The notes under the pieces are model-generated. The model was not told the DNA's origin. It did no database searches and saw only the letters and a program-made list of their open reading frames with translations. From an uncultured Acidimicrobiaceae bacterium (GTDB lineage: Bacteria; Actinomycetota; Acidimicrobiia; Acidimicrobiales; Palsa-688): DNA of 64,000 nucleotides. The stretch lies in assembly GCA_964481925.1 (NCBI GenBank), contig CAYZVQ010000002.1, positions 3,867 through 67,866 of the forward strand, written 5' to 3'. How positions within the stretch are numbered: the stretch's first letter is position 1; each line of letters begins with the position of its first letter. This document shows positions 8,469 to 17,104 of the stretch, piece after piece. The position numbers and the translations under genes are program-made.

Positions 8469-9586
8469 CCGGTGCCGGGCCGACCGGTGCCGGGCCGACC
8501 GGTGCCGGCCTGACGGGTGACGAGCCCGGGCGGGTGACACGCACGACCAAAGGCTCTTACCTGGCGTCGGGCTTGGCCCTGGCCATTGTCGGCGCCCTGG
8601 CCGTCGTGCCCGTCGTGTCCGGCCTGAACGTCGTGAACGACCTTACCCAGCTCTTCATCCTCTTCGTGATGGGAACCATGTGGAACCTGCTCGCCGGTTA
8701 CTGCGGGCTGGTGTCCATCGGCCTGCAGGGCTTCCTCGGGCTCGGGGGCTACGCCTTGCTCGCCCTGGCCGACCACAACGGCGTCGAGCCTTACCTGGCC
8801 CTGGTGCTCGGCGCTCTGTTCTGCGGGGTGGCCGCGCTCTTGACGTCCCTGGTCGCCTTCCGGCTGCGGGGGGGCTACTTCGCCGTGGGGACCTGGGTCG
8901 TGGCCGAGATCTTCTCGCTCATCACCGCCCAGATCTCAACCTTGGGCGGGGGCAGCGGGACGGCCCTCATGAGCCTTTCGAACTTCGGGCCGGAGGCTCG
9001 GCTCCACGACACCTACTGGGCGGCATTGAGCTGCGCCGCCGTCGGCTTCGCCGGGGTTTGGCTCCTCCTGCGCACCCGTACGGGATTGACGCTGGTCGCC
9101 AGCCGGGACGACGAGGGAGGTGCCCGCAGCTTGGGCGCCCGGTCCGTCGTCGCCAAACGCACCGCCTTTGCTGTCGCCGGGCTCGGCTGCGGTGCCGCCG
9201 GCGGACTGTTCCTGTTGAGCAACCTCGACATCGTGCCGAGCTCGGCCTACAGCGTCGACCTCTCCGCCTACATGATCTTCATCGTCCTCATCGGCGGCCT
9301 GGGCACCATCGAGGGCCCGGTCATGGGCGCCGTGGTGTTCTGGGCCATCCAGCTCGAGTTCGCCAGTTACGGCGCCTACTACCTCATCGGCCTGGGCGTT
9401 CTCGCCGTTTTCATGACTCTGGTGCTGCCGGGCGGGATCGCCGGCGCTATCCGCCGGTTTACCCATGGCGACCCGTTCCCGATCGGTTATACCCTGCTCC
9501 CGGCTCGCCAAGGGCCCGCCCCCGGCGCCAGGCAAGGCTCACCGCTCGAACAGGACGGCTTGGCCTTGCCCGACGCCCACGCATAA
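8465..9586 (+). CDS. branched-chain-amino-acid-type ABC permease (LivM-like)
   Basis: Polytopic membrane protein in the LivM position. N-terminus carries a TGAGP x3 repeat. Confidence 0.8.
   Translation: MTGAGPTGAGPTGAGLTGDEPGRVTRTTKGSYLASGLALAIVGALAVVPVVSGLNVVNDLTQLFILFVMGTMWNLLAGYCGLVSIGLQGFLGLGGYALLALADHNGVEPYLALVLGALFCGVAALLTSLVAFRLRGGYFAVGTWVVAEIFSLITAQISTLGGGSGTALMSLSNFGPEARLHDTYWAALSCAAVGFAGVWLLLRTRTGLTLVASRDDEGGARSLGARSVVAKRTAFAVAGLGCGAAGGLFLLSNLDIVPSSAYSVDLSAYMIFIVLIGGLGTIEGPVMGAVVFWAIQLEFASYGAYYLIGLGVLAVFMTLVLPGGIAGAIRRFTHGDPFPIGYTLLPARQGPAPGARQGSPLEQDGLALPDAHA
8468..8512 (+). repeat. 15-bp in-frame tandem repeat x3 (ACCGGTGCCGGGCCG)
   Basis: Read directly. Encodes [15 protein letters not shown] at the N-terminus of the LivM-like permease. 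Confidence 0.9.
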
Positions 9587-10708
9587 GGCCGCCAACCCGT
9601 AGCGCCCGCCCCGCCGGCGCAGCTCGTGCAGGAGGGTGACGACGAGGCGGGCCCCGCTCATCCCCAACGGGTGGCCGAGGGCGATGGCACCGCCGTTGAC
9701 ATTGACGATCTTGTGGTCGAGCCCCAGCTGGCGCACAACGGCGAGGCTCTGGGAAGCGAAGGCTTCGTTCAGCTCGACGAGGTCGACCTGGCTGATATCC
9801 GTCCCCGTGCGGGCCAGCAGCTTGCGCACCGCCGGGACCGGCCCCAACCCCATCAACCGGGGGCTCACCCCACCCACCGCGCTACCGACGAAGCGGCCCA
9901 GGGGCTTGGCGCCGAGCTGGCGGGCCTTGGCCTCCGAGGCGACAACCAGGGCGGCCGCCCCATCGTTCACGCCGGAGGAGTTCCCTGCCGTCACCGTGCC
10001 CCCGGAGCGGAAGGCGGGCTTGAGGGCGGCCAGTTTCTCGAGCGTGGTGCCCGGTCGGGGGTGTTCGTCCTGCGTGGTGGTGCCCACCGGGACCACTTCG
10101 TCGTCCCACCGGCCGGCGGCGCGGGCTTCGGCCCAGCGCCGGTGAGACTCGAGGGCGAAGGCGTCCTGTTCCTCCCGGGAGATGCTGTAGGCCTCGGCCA
10201 CGTTCTCAGCGGTCTCGCCCATTGATTCCAGGGGGAACAGTTCGGCCAACTTGGGGTTTGAAAAGCGCCACCCCAGCGTGGTGTCGTACAGGGTGCGGTC
10301 CCCCCGGGGGAAGCGCGTTTCCGCCCTGTCCATCACCAGGGGCGCCCGCGACATCGACTCGACGCCTCCGGCCACGAACAGATCGCCTTCATCGGCGAGC
10401 ACAGCATGGCAGGCGGAGACCACGGCGGACAGACCCGAGGCGCACAGCCGGTTCACGGTCACGCCGGCGACGGAGTCGGGTAGGCCGGCGAGCAATGCCG
10501 CCATCCGGGCTACGTTGCGGTTGTCTTCGCCGGCCTGGTTGGCCGCCCCGAAATAGACGTCCTCGATCTCGTCCGGCGGCGCCCCCGCCCGCCTCACTGC
10601 CTCCCGTATGGCGAGCGCGGCGAGGTCGTCCGGGCGCTCGCCGGCCAACGCCCCGCCGTAGCGGCCCACCGGGGTGCGCACGGCCGATATGACCACGGGC
10701 CGGCTCAC
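9539..10708 (-). CDS. pcaF: 3-oxoadipyl-CoA / acetyl-CoA C-acyltransferase (thiolase)
   Basis: Thiolase motifs NRLCASGL (active Cys), [14 protein letters not shown] and CVGVGQG. GTG at 10708 overlaps the pcaI stop (GTGA). The upstream 90 aa of the ORF-track entry is Arg/Gly-rich overlap and was rejected. Confidence 0.85.
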   Translation of the reverse strand: MSRPVVISAVRTPVGRYGGALAGERPDDLAALAIREAVRRAGAPPDEIEDVYFGAANQAGEDNRNVARMAALLAGLPDSVAGVTVNRLCASGLSAVVSACHAVLADEGDLFVAGGVESMSRAPLVMDRAETRFPRGDRTLYDTTLGWRFSNPKLAELFPLESMGETAENVAEAYSISREEQDAFALESHRRWAEARAAGRWDDEVVPVGTTTQDEHPRPGTTLEKLAALKPAFRSGGTVTAGNSSGVNDGAAALVVASEAKARQLGAKPLGRFVGSAVGGVSPRLMGLGPVPAVRKLLARTGTDISQVDLVELNEAFASQSLAVVRQLGLDHKIVNVNGGAIALGHPLGMSGARLVVTLLHELRRRGGRYGLAALCVGVGQGQAVLFER

Positions 10709-11508
10709 CGCAGGACCTGAGCGCGCATCCAGGCCAGGAAGCGGTCGCGGTCCCGGCTGATCTGGTCCCAGGCCACGTAGAAGTCGTTGTCCCGGTCGTA
10801 ATACCCGAGGGAGTAAGAGGGCCTGGCACCGCCGGGGGCCAGGGCCACCGCCGTCACCACCCAAGACGGCAGGACCACGGCTCCCGGCCGAGGCACCAGC
10901 TCGTCGACGACCTCCTCGACGGTGACAAGGGAGCGGGCCGAGGCCAGGACGGCCTCCTTTTGGACCCCGGTGATCCCCCACAGCTGCACGTTCCCGTGAC
11001 GGTCGGCTTGCTGGGCGTGCACGACCGCTACATCCGGTCGCAACGCCCGTACGGCCGCGAGTTTCTCCCCCGTAAAGGGGCAGTCGACGGTGGCGATCGT
11101 CGGGGAATGGTGCACCAGGTCCGTCCCCACGTAGCCGCGCAGCACGGCGAACGGGAGACCGGAGGCGCCGGCCACGTAACGGTTGGTGAGCCCGGCGTGG
11201 CTATGCTCGTCGGTCCGCAGCGGGACCGGCCAGCCGTGCTCGATGGCATCACGCATCCTGTGCAGTGACCCCACCCCGGGGTTGCCGCCCCAGGAGAACA
11301 CCAGGGCGCTGGCGCAGCCCATCCCGATCATCTGGTCGAACACGACGTCGGGAGTGAGCCGGGCCAGGGTGAGGCCGCAACGGCCCTGGCGGATGATCTC
11401 GTGGGCGGCAGCGAAGGGTATGAGGTGGGTAAAGCCTTCCAGGGCCACGCAATCGCCGTCGTGCACCAGGCGGGCCACGGCTGTGGTCAGATCGAGGATC
11501 TCGGCCAT
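10705..11508 (-). CDS. pcaI: 3-oxoadipate CoA-transferase subunit A
   Basis: [22 protein letters not shown]...[14 protein letters not shown]...[23 protein letters not shown] closely parallels Pseudomonas-type PcaI as I remember it. Start set at the Met of MAEILDL (11508). Confidence 0.85.
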   Translation of the reverse strand: MAEILDLTTAVARLVHDGDCVALEGFTHLIPFAAAHEIIRQGRCGLTLARLTPDVVFDQMIGMGCASALVFSWGGNPGVGSLHRMRDAIEHGWPVPLRTDEHSHAGLTNRYVAGASGLPFAVLRGYVGTDLVHHSPTIATVDCPFTGEKLAAVRALRPDVAVVHAQQADRHGNVQLWGITGVQKEAVLASARSLVTVEEVVDELVPRPGAVVLPSWVVTAVALAPGGARPSYSLGYYDRDNDFYVAWDQISRDRDRFLAWMRAQVLR

Positions 11509-11591
11509 CTCTACTGTCCTTGTCTCTCCCCTGGGCCTTGTCTCTCCTCCGGGCGCAGAAGCTATATTATTGTGTGCGCAGAGTGAATGTC

Positions 11592-11608
11592 TGTTCGCAG
11601 GGAGAACA
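11592..11608. promoter_or_regulatory. operator-like imperfect palindrome TGTTCGCAGGGAGAACA
   Basis: Lies in the 106-bp divergent pcaI/pcaJ intergenic region. TGTTC-N7-GAACA is preserved. A weaker adjacent copy, TGTGCGCAGAGTGAATG, lies at 11573-11589. Confidence 0.5.
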
Positions 11609-11614
11609 CCTTCG

Positions 11615-12379
11615 ATGACCACCGGGTTCACCTCTGACGAGATGATGACCGTGGCGGCGTCGCGCGCCCTTCACGACGGTTTGGCCTGTTTCGTCGGCAT
11701 CGGGCTCCCCAGCACGGCGGCCAACCTGGCCCGCGCCACCCACGCCCCGGGCCTGGTGCTGATCTACGAGTCGGGGACGATCGGGGCCAAGCCCACCCGC
11801 CTACCTCTGTCGATCGGGGACGCCGAACTGGCCGAGACGGCTGACACCGTGGTCTCTGTCCCCGAGATCTTCAATTACTGGCTGCAGGCAGGCCGTATCG
11901 ACGTCGGGTTCCTGTCGGCCGCCCAGGTGGACCGCTATGCCAACCTCAACAGCACCGTTATCGGGCCTTACGACAACCCGACGGTGCGCCTGCCCGGTGC
12001 CGGCGGTGCGCCGGAGATTGCCGCGTCATGCCGCGAGGTCATAATCGTGATCCGCCAATCGCCGCGGACCTTCGTCGAAAGGCTCGATTTCGTAACCTCC
12101 GTCGGTCACCTGAGTGGGCCAGGTGGCCGCGAGCGCCTAGGCCTTAGAGGCAAAGGCCCCACGCTGGTGATCACCGACCTCGGCCTGTTGAGGCCCCGTC
12201 CCGGCAGTCTGGAGCTCGAGCTGACGCACCTTCACCCGGGTGTGACGGTGGACCAGGCGCGCGCCGCCACCGGTTGGGAGCTAAAGGTCTCGCCCTTGAT
12301 CTCCCATACCGAGCCGCCCCGACCGCAAGAGCTCACCGCCCTCAGGAACCTGAGTGCGACGCTCACCGCGCCCGCCTGA
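11615..12379 (+). CDS. pcaJ: 3-oxoadipate CoA-transferase subunit B
   Basis: SDEMMTVAASRAL..CFVGIGLPS.AANLA...LIYESG.IGAKP...LPGAGGAPEIA matches PcaJ-type beta subunits. Start at the Met of MTTGFTSDEMM (11615). Confidence 0.85.
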   Translation: MTTGFTSDEMMTVAASRALHDGLACFVGIGLPSTAANLARATHAPGLVLIYESGTIGAKPTRLPLSIGDAELAETADTVVSVPEIFNYWLQAGRIDVGFLSAAQVDRYANLNSTVIGPYDNPTVRLPGAGGAPEIAASCREVIIVIRQSPRTFVERLDFVTSVGHLSGPGGRERLGLRGKGPTLVITDLGLLRPRPGSLELELTHLHPGVTVDQARAATGWELKVSPLISHTEPPRPQELTALRNLSATLTAPA

Positions 12380-12425
12380 CAGCTCCCGCCCCACAGGCCC
12401 GCCACTACCCTGAGCGCCGGAGCAC

Positions 12426-13877
12426 TCAGGGGACCAGCATCTTCTGCACCCAGGCGCTCAGCTGGCGCAGGTTGCGTACCTCGGCCACTTCGTCACAATG
12501 CGGAGCGTAGGCGGGGACGGCCGAGTCGCCGGTGCCCCACAGCTCTCGAGGCTCAGGGTTGAGCCAGTAGATGTGGCGCACCCGCCGGCTCAGTACCCCG
12601 AGGAGCTCGGGACGGCTCGGCCGATGGTTGGTACGCCCGTCTCCGCAGAAGATCAACGTCGTCTGGGGGCCGATGCAGCGGGCTTGGTCCTCGAGGAGCC
12701 GGCTGAGAGTTGCGCCGTAGTCGCTGTGCCCGTCGTCGCGCACGGCACCCGGGCGGGACAGGAAGAGCCGGGGGTCGATCACTCCGGGGCTGGCCCGCAC
12801 CAGGTCGGTGACCTCTTCGGGGGAGTCGACGAACACGAACGAGCGGGCCCGGGGCAGTTCCTGCTGGAGCGCCTGCAACAGCGACAAGCTGAACTTGGCA
12901 AACTCGGCCACCGACCCCGATACGTCGCATAGGACCACCAGTTCCGGGCGCCGGGGGAGGCGGCGGTGCCATACGGGGTTGAGGGCGACGCCGCCCTGGC
13001 TGAGCGAGAGCCGGACCGTCCGGCGCACGTCGAGACGGCCGGCGCGGGACCGGCGCCGTCGCTGCCGGGCCAGGACGGCCATGCGCCGGGCCAACGGCCG
13101 GACGAGCTGGCGCATCTGGTCCAGCTCCAGGCCGCCGGCCCGCAAGAAGTCGACGTCCAGAGCCGCACCGCGCAGGTTTGCCAGAGCCTGGTCCAACCCA
13201 GCTCGCTCGGCCCAACGGCGTCGAAGGTCGGCGGAAATGGCCTCTTTCAGCCCTTCGAGGCGAGAACTGCGCTGCATGGCCGCGAGTTGTCGCCCGGTCC
13301 CGTTACCTGTTCCTTCATCGCCGCGGCCGTCGTTATCGGCCAGCATGGCTCGGCGCAGGAGCATGCTGAGATCAAGCTGACGCAGTACTCGCTGGCTGTA
13401 GTAGCGCTCGGCGCGCAAGGCCTCACCGTCGGGCAGGCCCCCAAAGGCGGCCACCACTTGCGCGGCCAGGTAATCGAACCGGACGTCCGAACCGGCTCGC
13501 AGCGCGCCCACCAGCTCGTCGAGCAGCTGGCCTTGGCCACCCGCCTGGTCTTCATCCCCGAGGGTGGACGGTCTTGGCGCCTCGCGCCCGGTCGCGCCCG
13601 AGCCAGGCTCGGCCGGGAAGCACAGGTCGAAGGCGCCTTCGAACATGGACAGTTCCTCCGCCCGCTTCACCAGGGTGAGCGCCAACGCCCGCCGTAGTTG
13701 AGAGCGCTCCCGGACGTTTACCAGAGCCGTAGCCCGGGACGCGTCCAGCATCTCGACCATGGACACCGGCATCCCCATCTGGCGCAGCACGGCGGCGAAC
13801 GCCACGAGCGCACGGAGCAACGCGTCTCGGTCCGGGGCGCCTACCGGTCCGTGCGCAGTACTAACATCTGTGCGCAC
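12426..13877 (-). CDS. VWA-domain protein, CoxE-like
   Basis: C-terminal VWA region with LVVLCDVSGSV (MIDAS-like DxSxS) and CGDGRTN. The architecture is typical of partners of MoxR/CoxD ATPases. Confidence 0.65.
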   Translation of the reverse strand: MRTDVSTAHGPVGAPDRDALLRALVAFAAVLRQMGMPVSMVEMLDASRATALVNVRERSQLRRALALTLVKRAEELSMFEGAFDLCFPAEPGSGATGREAPRPSTLGDEDQAGGQGQLLDELVGALRAGSDVRFDYLAAQVVAAFGGLPDGEALRAERYYSQRVLRQLDLSMLLRRAMLADNDGRGDEGTGNGTGRQLAAMQRSSRLEGLKEAISADLRRRWAERAGLDQALANLRGAALDVDFLRAGGLELDQMRQLVRPLARRMAVLARQRRRRSRAGRLDVRRTVRLSLSQGGVALNPVWHRRLPRRPELVVLCDVSGSVAEFAKFSLSLLQALQQELPRARSFVFVDSPEEVTDLVRASPGVIDPRLFLSRPGAVRDDGHSDYGATLSRLLEDQARCIGPQTTLIFCGDGRTNHRPSRPELLGVLSRRVRHIYWLNPEPRELWGTGDSAVPAYAPHCDEVAEVRNLRQLSAWVQKMLVP

Positions 13878-13878
13878 G

Positions 13879-14574
13879 GTGAAGACATTAGGGGGCCACC
13901 TTCGGTCCCCGACGGTCGCGCCGGATCTGGCCCTGAGCGTGGTCCTGGACGGCCGGCTACCTCTCCAGCGCGCCCTTCAGGTCGTTCACCTGGCCGGCCG
14001 CCTCGGGCTGTCCCGGGTTTGGTGGCGCCAACCCCCCCATCTCGGCCCGCAGCCAGCGGACCTCGGGTCGCTGCTGGACGGGCTAATTACGGCCGCCGGC
14101 TCGCTACCGGTGGGCGTCATGGCCGACGACGGGGCCGCGCAGGGCGACGGCGATGACATGCCTGTGCTGCCGGCCCGGCCCGGTCGCCGGCTGGACCGCG
14201 AGCTGGCCGCCCTGGCGGCCCAAGCCGGCGGGCGCCCGGTCCTGGTGGAGGTGTGCGTATCGATCGGGCGGACCACGGCCGAGGCGGCAGCCCGCGCCGA
14301 CGGCGAGGCGCTCTTCGCCCTGCTCGGCCACCCCAGCGAACAGGGCCTGTTCGGGAGCCTCGAGCAGTGCCAGCAAGCCGCCGGTCGGCTCTGGCAGTCG
14401 GGCGCGCGTGAGCTCGCCTGCAACTTGCCCTTGGCCATCGACATCGCCGACGTGCTGGCCCAACTACGGGCGGTCACGGTCGCCGGCGCCGCCTCTCTCG
14501 GCCCGGGAGAGCCGGCTTCGCCCGCCCCGGCGCCGCCCACGGGATGGGGGGGCCGGCCCGGCCGGCGGGTTTAG
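13879..14574 (+). CDS. short luciferase-like (LLM-class) family protein, tentative
   Basis: Very high third-position G/C in this frame. N-terminal LALSVVLDG...LGLSRVWW and C-terminal GSLEQCQQAAGRLWQSGARELACNLP resemble LLM N- and C-terminal signatures. Shorter than typical LLMs; start uncertain. Confidence 0.35.
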   Translation: MKTLGGHLRSPTVAPDLALSVVLDGRLPLQRALQVVHLAGRLGLSRVWWRQPPHLGPQPADLGSLLDGLITAAGSLPVGVMADDGAAQGDGDDMPVLPARPGRRLDRELAALAAQAGGRPVLVEVCVSIGRTTAEAAARADGEALFALLGHPSEQGLFGSLEQCQQAAGRLWQSGARELACNLPLAIDIADVLAQLRAVTVAGAASLGPGEPASPAPAPPTGWGGRPGRRV

Positions 14575-14589
14575 GCACCGGCCGAGGGT

Positions 14590-15399
14590 TCAGATGGCCG
14601 TCAGGCGTCGGGCGCGGATGTCCTCCTCGATGGCCAGACCGGTCTTGCGCAAAAGGGGCAGGTACTCGGCCAGAAGGCGGTCGGCGGGCACGCGGGTAGC
14701 GTTGGTGGAAACGTTCATAGCCGCGAAGACTCGGCCCGCCGAGTCATGCAGCGGTACCGCCACCGAGCGCACGCCAACCTCCAGTTCCTGGTCGACCAGG
14801 CACCATCCCTGCTCCCGGACCTGGCCGAGCAGGTCACGGAGACGGTCCTCCCGGGTCACCGTCGTTGGCGCCAGCGGCTTCAGCTCCGCTTGGAGGAAGT
14901 AGACGCTGAGCTGGTCGTCGGTCAGGTTGGCCAGAAGGACACGCCCCATCGACGTGGCATAGGCGGGCAGGCGGGTGCCGACGTCGATCTGGACGCTCAT
15001 GATCCGCTTGGTCGGGACCCGCACCGTATAGATGACATCAGTGCCGTCGAGCACGGAAGCGGAGGAAGACTCCTGGAGCTGCTGGACCATCGCCTCCATG
15101 TGGGTCTCGACGACGTCGAAAACCGGCACCGACGACAGATAGGCGAAGCCCAGGTCCAGGATGCGCGGCCGTAAGAAGAACTGCCGCCCGTCGGAACCTA
15201 TGTAGCCAAGGGACTGTAGCGTCAGCAGGAAGCGCCGGGCGCTGGCCCGGGTCAGCCCGGTGCGTTCGGCCACTTGGGACAGGGTGAGAGTGGGGCAATC
15301 GCGCCCGAACGTCCTCACGATGGCGAACGCCCTGTCCACGGAGCGGACGAACTCCTTCGACGAGGCTCTGGCCTCCGGACCGGGTGTCCCTGGTGGCAT
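14590..15399 (-). CDS. IclR-family transcriptional regulator (PcaR/PobR-like context)
   Basis: N-terminal wHTH (VRSVDRAFAIVRTF...LTLSQVAERTGLTRASARRFLLTLQSLGYI) plus an IclR effector domain. Start moved to the Met at 15399 so that the operator-like site at 15412-15428 lies upstream. Confidence 0.8.
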   Translation of the reverse strand: MPPGTPGPEARASSKEFVRSVDRAFAIVRTFGRDCPTLTLSQVAERTGLTRASARRFLLTLQSLGYIGSDGRQFFLRPRILDLGFAYLSSVPVFDVVETHMEAMVQQLQESSSASVLDGTDVIYTVRVPTKRIMSVQIDVGTRLPAYATSMGRVLLANLTDDQLSVYFLQAELKPLAPTTVTREDRLRDLLGQVREQGWCLVDQELEVGVRSVAVPLHDSAGRVFAAMNVSTNATRVPADRLLAEYLPLLRKTGLAIEEDIRARRLTAI

Positions 15400-15411
15400 G
15401 TCGGGCCTTTC

Positions 15412-15428
15412 CGTGCGCTGAGCGAACA
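15412..15428. promoter_or_regulatory. operator-like site CGTGCGCTGAGCGAACA
   Basis: 13/17 match to the 4682 palindrome, immediately upstream of the IclR start in the divergent IclR/hydroquinone-operon region. Confidence 0.4.
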
Positions 15429-15513
15429 GATTAGCGGTCGCGGCCCACATGGCCCAGGCGGGCGGACCACGCCTTGACGCCGGCCCGGGCAGCGGGTACG
15501 TTCTCTGAACAAC

Positions 15514-15530
15514 TGTTCGCTAAACGAACT
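15514..15530. promoter_or_regulatory. operator-like palindrome TGTTCGCTAAACGAACT
   Basis: TGTTCG-N5-CGAAC inverted repeat, 16 nt upstream of the ATG at 15546 and overlapping the region just before SD AGGAGG (15532-15537). Confidence 0.55.
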
Positions 15531-15545
15531 CAGGAGGTGGCGCCG

Positions 15546-16037
15546 ATGCGGTGGCAGACCCGGTTCGGGTCGCTGGACAGCTACGAAAAGGGCGGCGTGG
15601 AGGTCATCAACGACGATCCCAAGAACTATGCCTTTTCCAACATCTTCGAAGTTGCGTCTCACGCCCGCCCCTTTGAGCACATCGTGGTGGGAAAAAACTT
15701 CGAGTACGTGCTGGAGGTCGTACGCGTCGAGGGCACTTCGGCCTGGCGGGCGTGCTCGCATGACGAAACCGCCCTGGTGATGGACGGCGAGGTCAAGTTC
15801 GAGTTCCGCACCATGGACGATGCGGTGCCACTACCCGAGGAGGGGTCCGTCACCCTCGCCGACGAGCCCGCCGGCCGGCCCGTTGGCCGCATCGTCGCCC
15901 GTCGGGGGCACATGACCCTGCTGCCGGCGCGACGCGCCTACCGGTACTCGTCTGGGCGGCCGGCGGTGCTGCTCGTCCAAACGGTGGCCGGCCCGGACTC
16001 TCAGTTCCGCTGGGCGGAAATCTGCCAAACGGCTTGA
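15546..16037 (+). CDS. hydroquinone 1,2-dioxygenase small subunit (HapC/PnpC1-type), putative
   Basis: 163 aa (about 18 kDa), followed by a 329-aa cupin-like partner, an aldehyde dehydrogenase and a maleylacetate reductase. This is the gene order and these are the subunit sizes of two-subunit hydroquinone dioxygenase clusters. Start at the ATG after AGGAGG. Confidence 0.6.
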   Translation: MRWQTRFGSLDSYEKGGVEVINDDPKNYAFSNIFEVASHARPFEHIVVGKNFEYVLEVVRVEGTSAWRACSHDETALVMDGEVKFEFRTMDDAVPLPEEGSVTLADEPAGRPVGRIVARRGHMTLLPARRAYRYSSGRPAVLLVQTVAGPDSQFRWAEICQTA

Positions 16038-16094
16038 AGGGCGAGTGCCGGCCCTGCCAGCTCAGCTCAGGCCCACCACGAGGAGGACCCACCG

Positions 16095-17084
16095 ATGACC
16101 ACTTTGGGGACCGCTGCGGAGGTACAGGGCACGGGGCCCAACGAACAGGGCTACCACTCCTTCGTCCTCGGCGAGGTCCATTTCGCCCGGGACGAGTACT
16201 TCGCCTACATCACCTGGCCGACGGGCACGCACGTCATGAGCGTCGATGCCTTCCTGCGCGCCCTGCAGCGGGACGTGGCCTGGGATTTCTTTTACGGCAT
16301 CGTCAACTTCGACGGCGTGGTGGGCACGGTCAACCACTACGGCACCGTCGACCTCTTTGCCGGCCGCTACAACGACGCCTACCGCAAGGCGGAGCTGGAC
16401 CACGTCGAGCGCGTCGGCACGCCCGAAATGCGCGAGACTTTCAAAGCCATCCTGGCCGACTGGACCAACGAGGGTTTTGACCCCTTCGCCAGCCCGGAGG
16501 AGACGGGCTCGGCGTTCGGCCCCAAGCACGGGGACAACCTCGCCGCCATCACCCGCCACCGGGTGACAGCCAAAAGGATCGTCTCGCTCCCGGGCGATGA
16601 GCCCCTGCGCAACGACGACAATGGCCACCCCGTCAACCGCATGTTCGCCGACGTGGCCCTGGACGAACCGGAAGTCCACGCCGAACCGGGCTTCGAAGGC
16701 GAAGTCACCTCGTTCAACCTGTTCGCCTACCTGGCCCGCTCTCCCGTGACCTGGAACCCGAGCGTGGTCAGCGTCTGCCGGGAATCTCTGTACTGCCCCA
16801 CGACCGAGGAGTACATCTTGCCTATCATCCACGGCAACGACCGGGCCGAGTGGTTCGTGCAGCTTTCCGACCAGATCATGTGGGACGTGGAGGACAGGGA
16901 CACCGGGGCCAAGCGGGCCAAGGTCGTGATGAAAGCAGGAGACGTCGCCGCCATGCCCGCCGACATCCGCCACCAGGGCTACTCGCCCAAACGGTCCATG
17001 CTGCTCGTCTGGGAGAACGCCAGCCCCAAGATCCCCGAGCTCATCAGCTCGGGGAAGTTCCCGTCCCAGCCCGTCGAGTTCTGA
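16095..17084 (+). CDS. hydroquinone 1,2-dioxygenase large subunit (HapD/PnpC2-type), putative
   Basis: 329 aa (about 37 kDa). C-terminal cupin-like segment GDVAAMPADIRHQGYSPKRSMLLVWEN. Call rests on operon context as above. Confidence 0.6.
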   Translation: MTTLGTAAEVQGTGPNEQGYHSFVLGEVHFARDEYFAYITWPTGTHVMSVDAFLRALQRDVAWDFFYGIVNFDGVVGTVNHYGTVDLFAGRYNDAYRKAELDHVERVGTPEMRETFKAILADWTNEGFDPFASPEETGSAFGPKHGDNLAAITRHRVTAKRIVSLPGDEPLRNDDNGHPVNRMFADVALDEPEVHAEPGFEGEVTSFNLFAYLARSPVTWNPSVVSVCRESLYCPTTEEYILPIIHGNDRAEWFVQLSDQIMWDVEDRDTGAKRAKVVMKAGDVAAMPADIRHQGYSPKRSMLLVWENASPKIPELISSGKFPSQPVEF

Positions 17085-17104
17085 CCACGGGCCTCGGAAG
17101 GCAC

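Noticed and set aside
7536-8540. 334-aa minus-strand ORF (Arg/His/Gly-rich, with [14 protein letters not shown])
   Set aside because: It is fully antisense to the LivH-like and LivM-like permease genes, which have clear family features. Its low-complexity composition is typical of spurious antisense ORFs in GC-rich DNA.
12408-12431. Hairpin CCCTGAG-N10-CTCAGGG between convergent pcaJ and the VWA gene as a bidirectional terminator
   Set aside because: The stem is short (7 bp) with a 10-nt loop and no U-tract, and its right arm overlaps the VWA stop codon. The evidence is insufficient.
13869-13885. Fifth IclR-type operator (TGTGCGCACGGTGAAGA) at the VWA/LLM-like divergent junction
   Set aside because: It matches the palindrome at only 12/17 positions, has poor dyad symmetry and overlaps the start codons. 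It is too weak to list as a site.
16062-16973. 303-aa minus-strand ORF
   Set aside because: It is antisense to the hydroquinone dioxygenase large-subunit gene, and has Gly/Val/Asp/His-rich composition without motifs.
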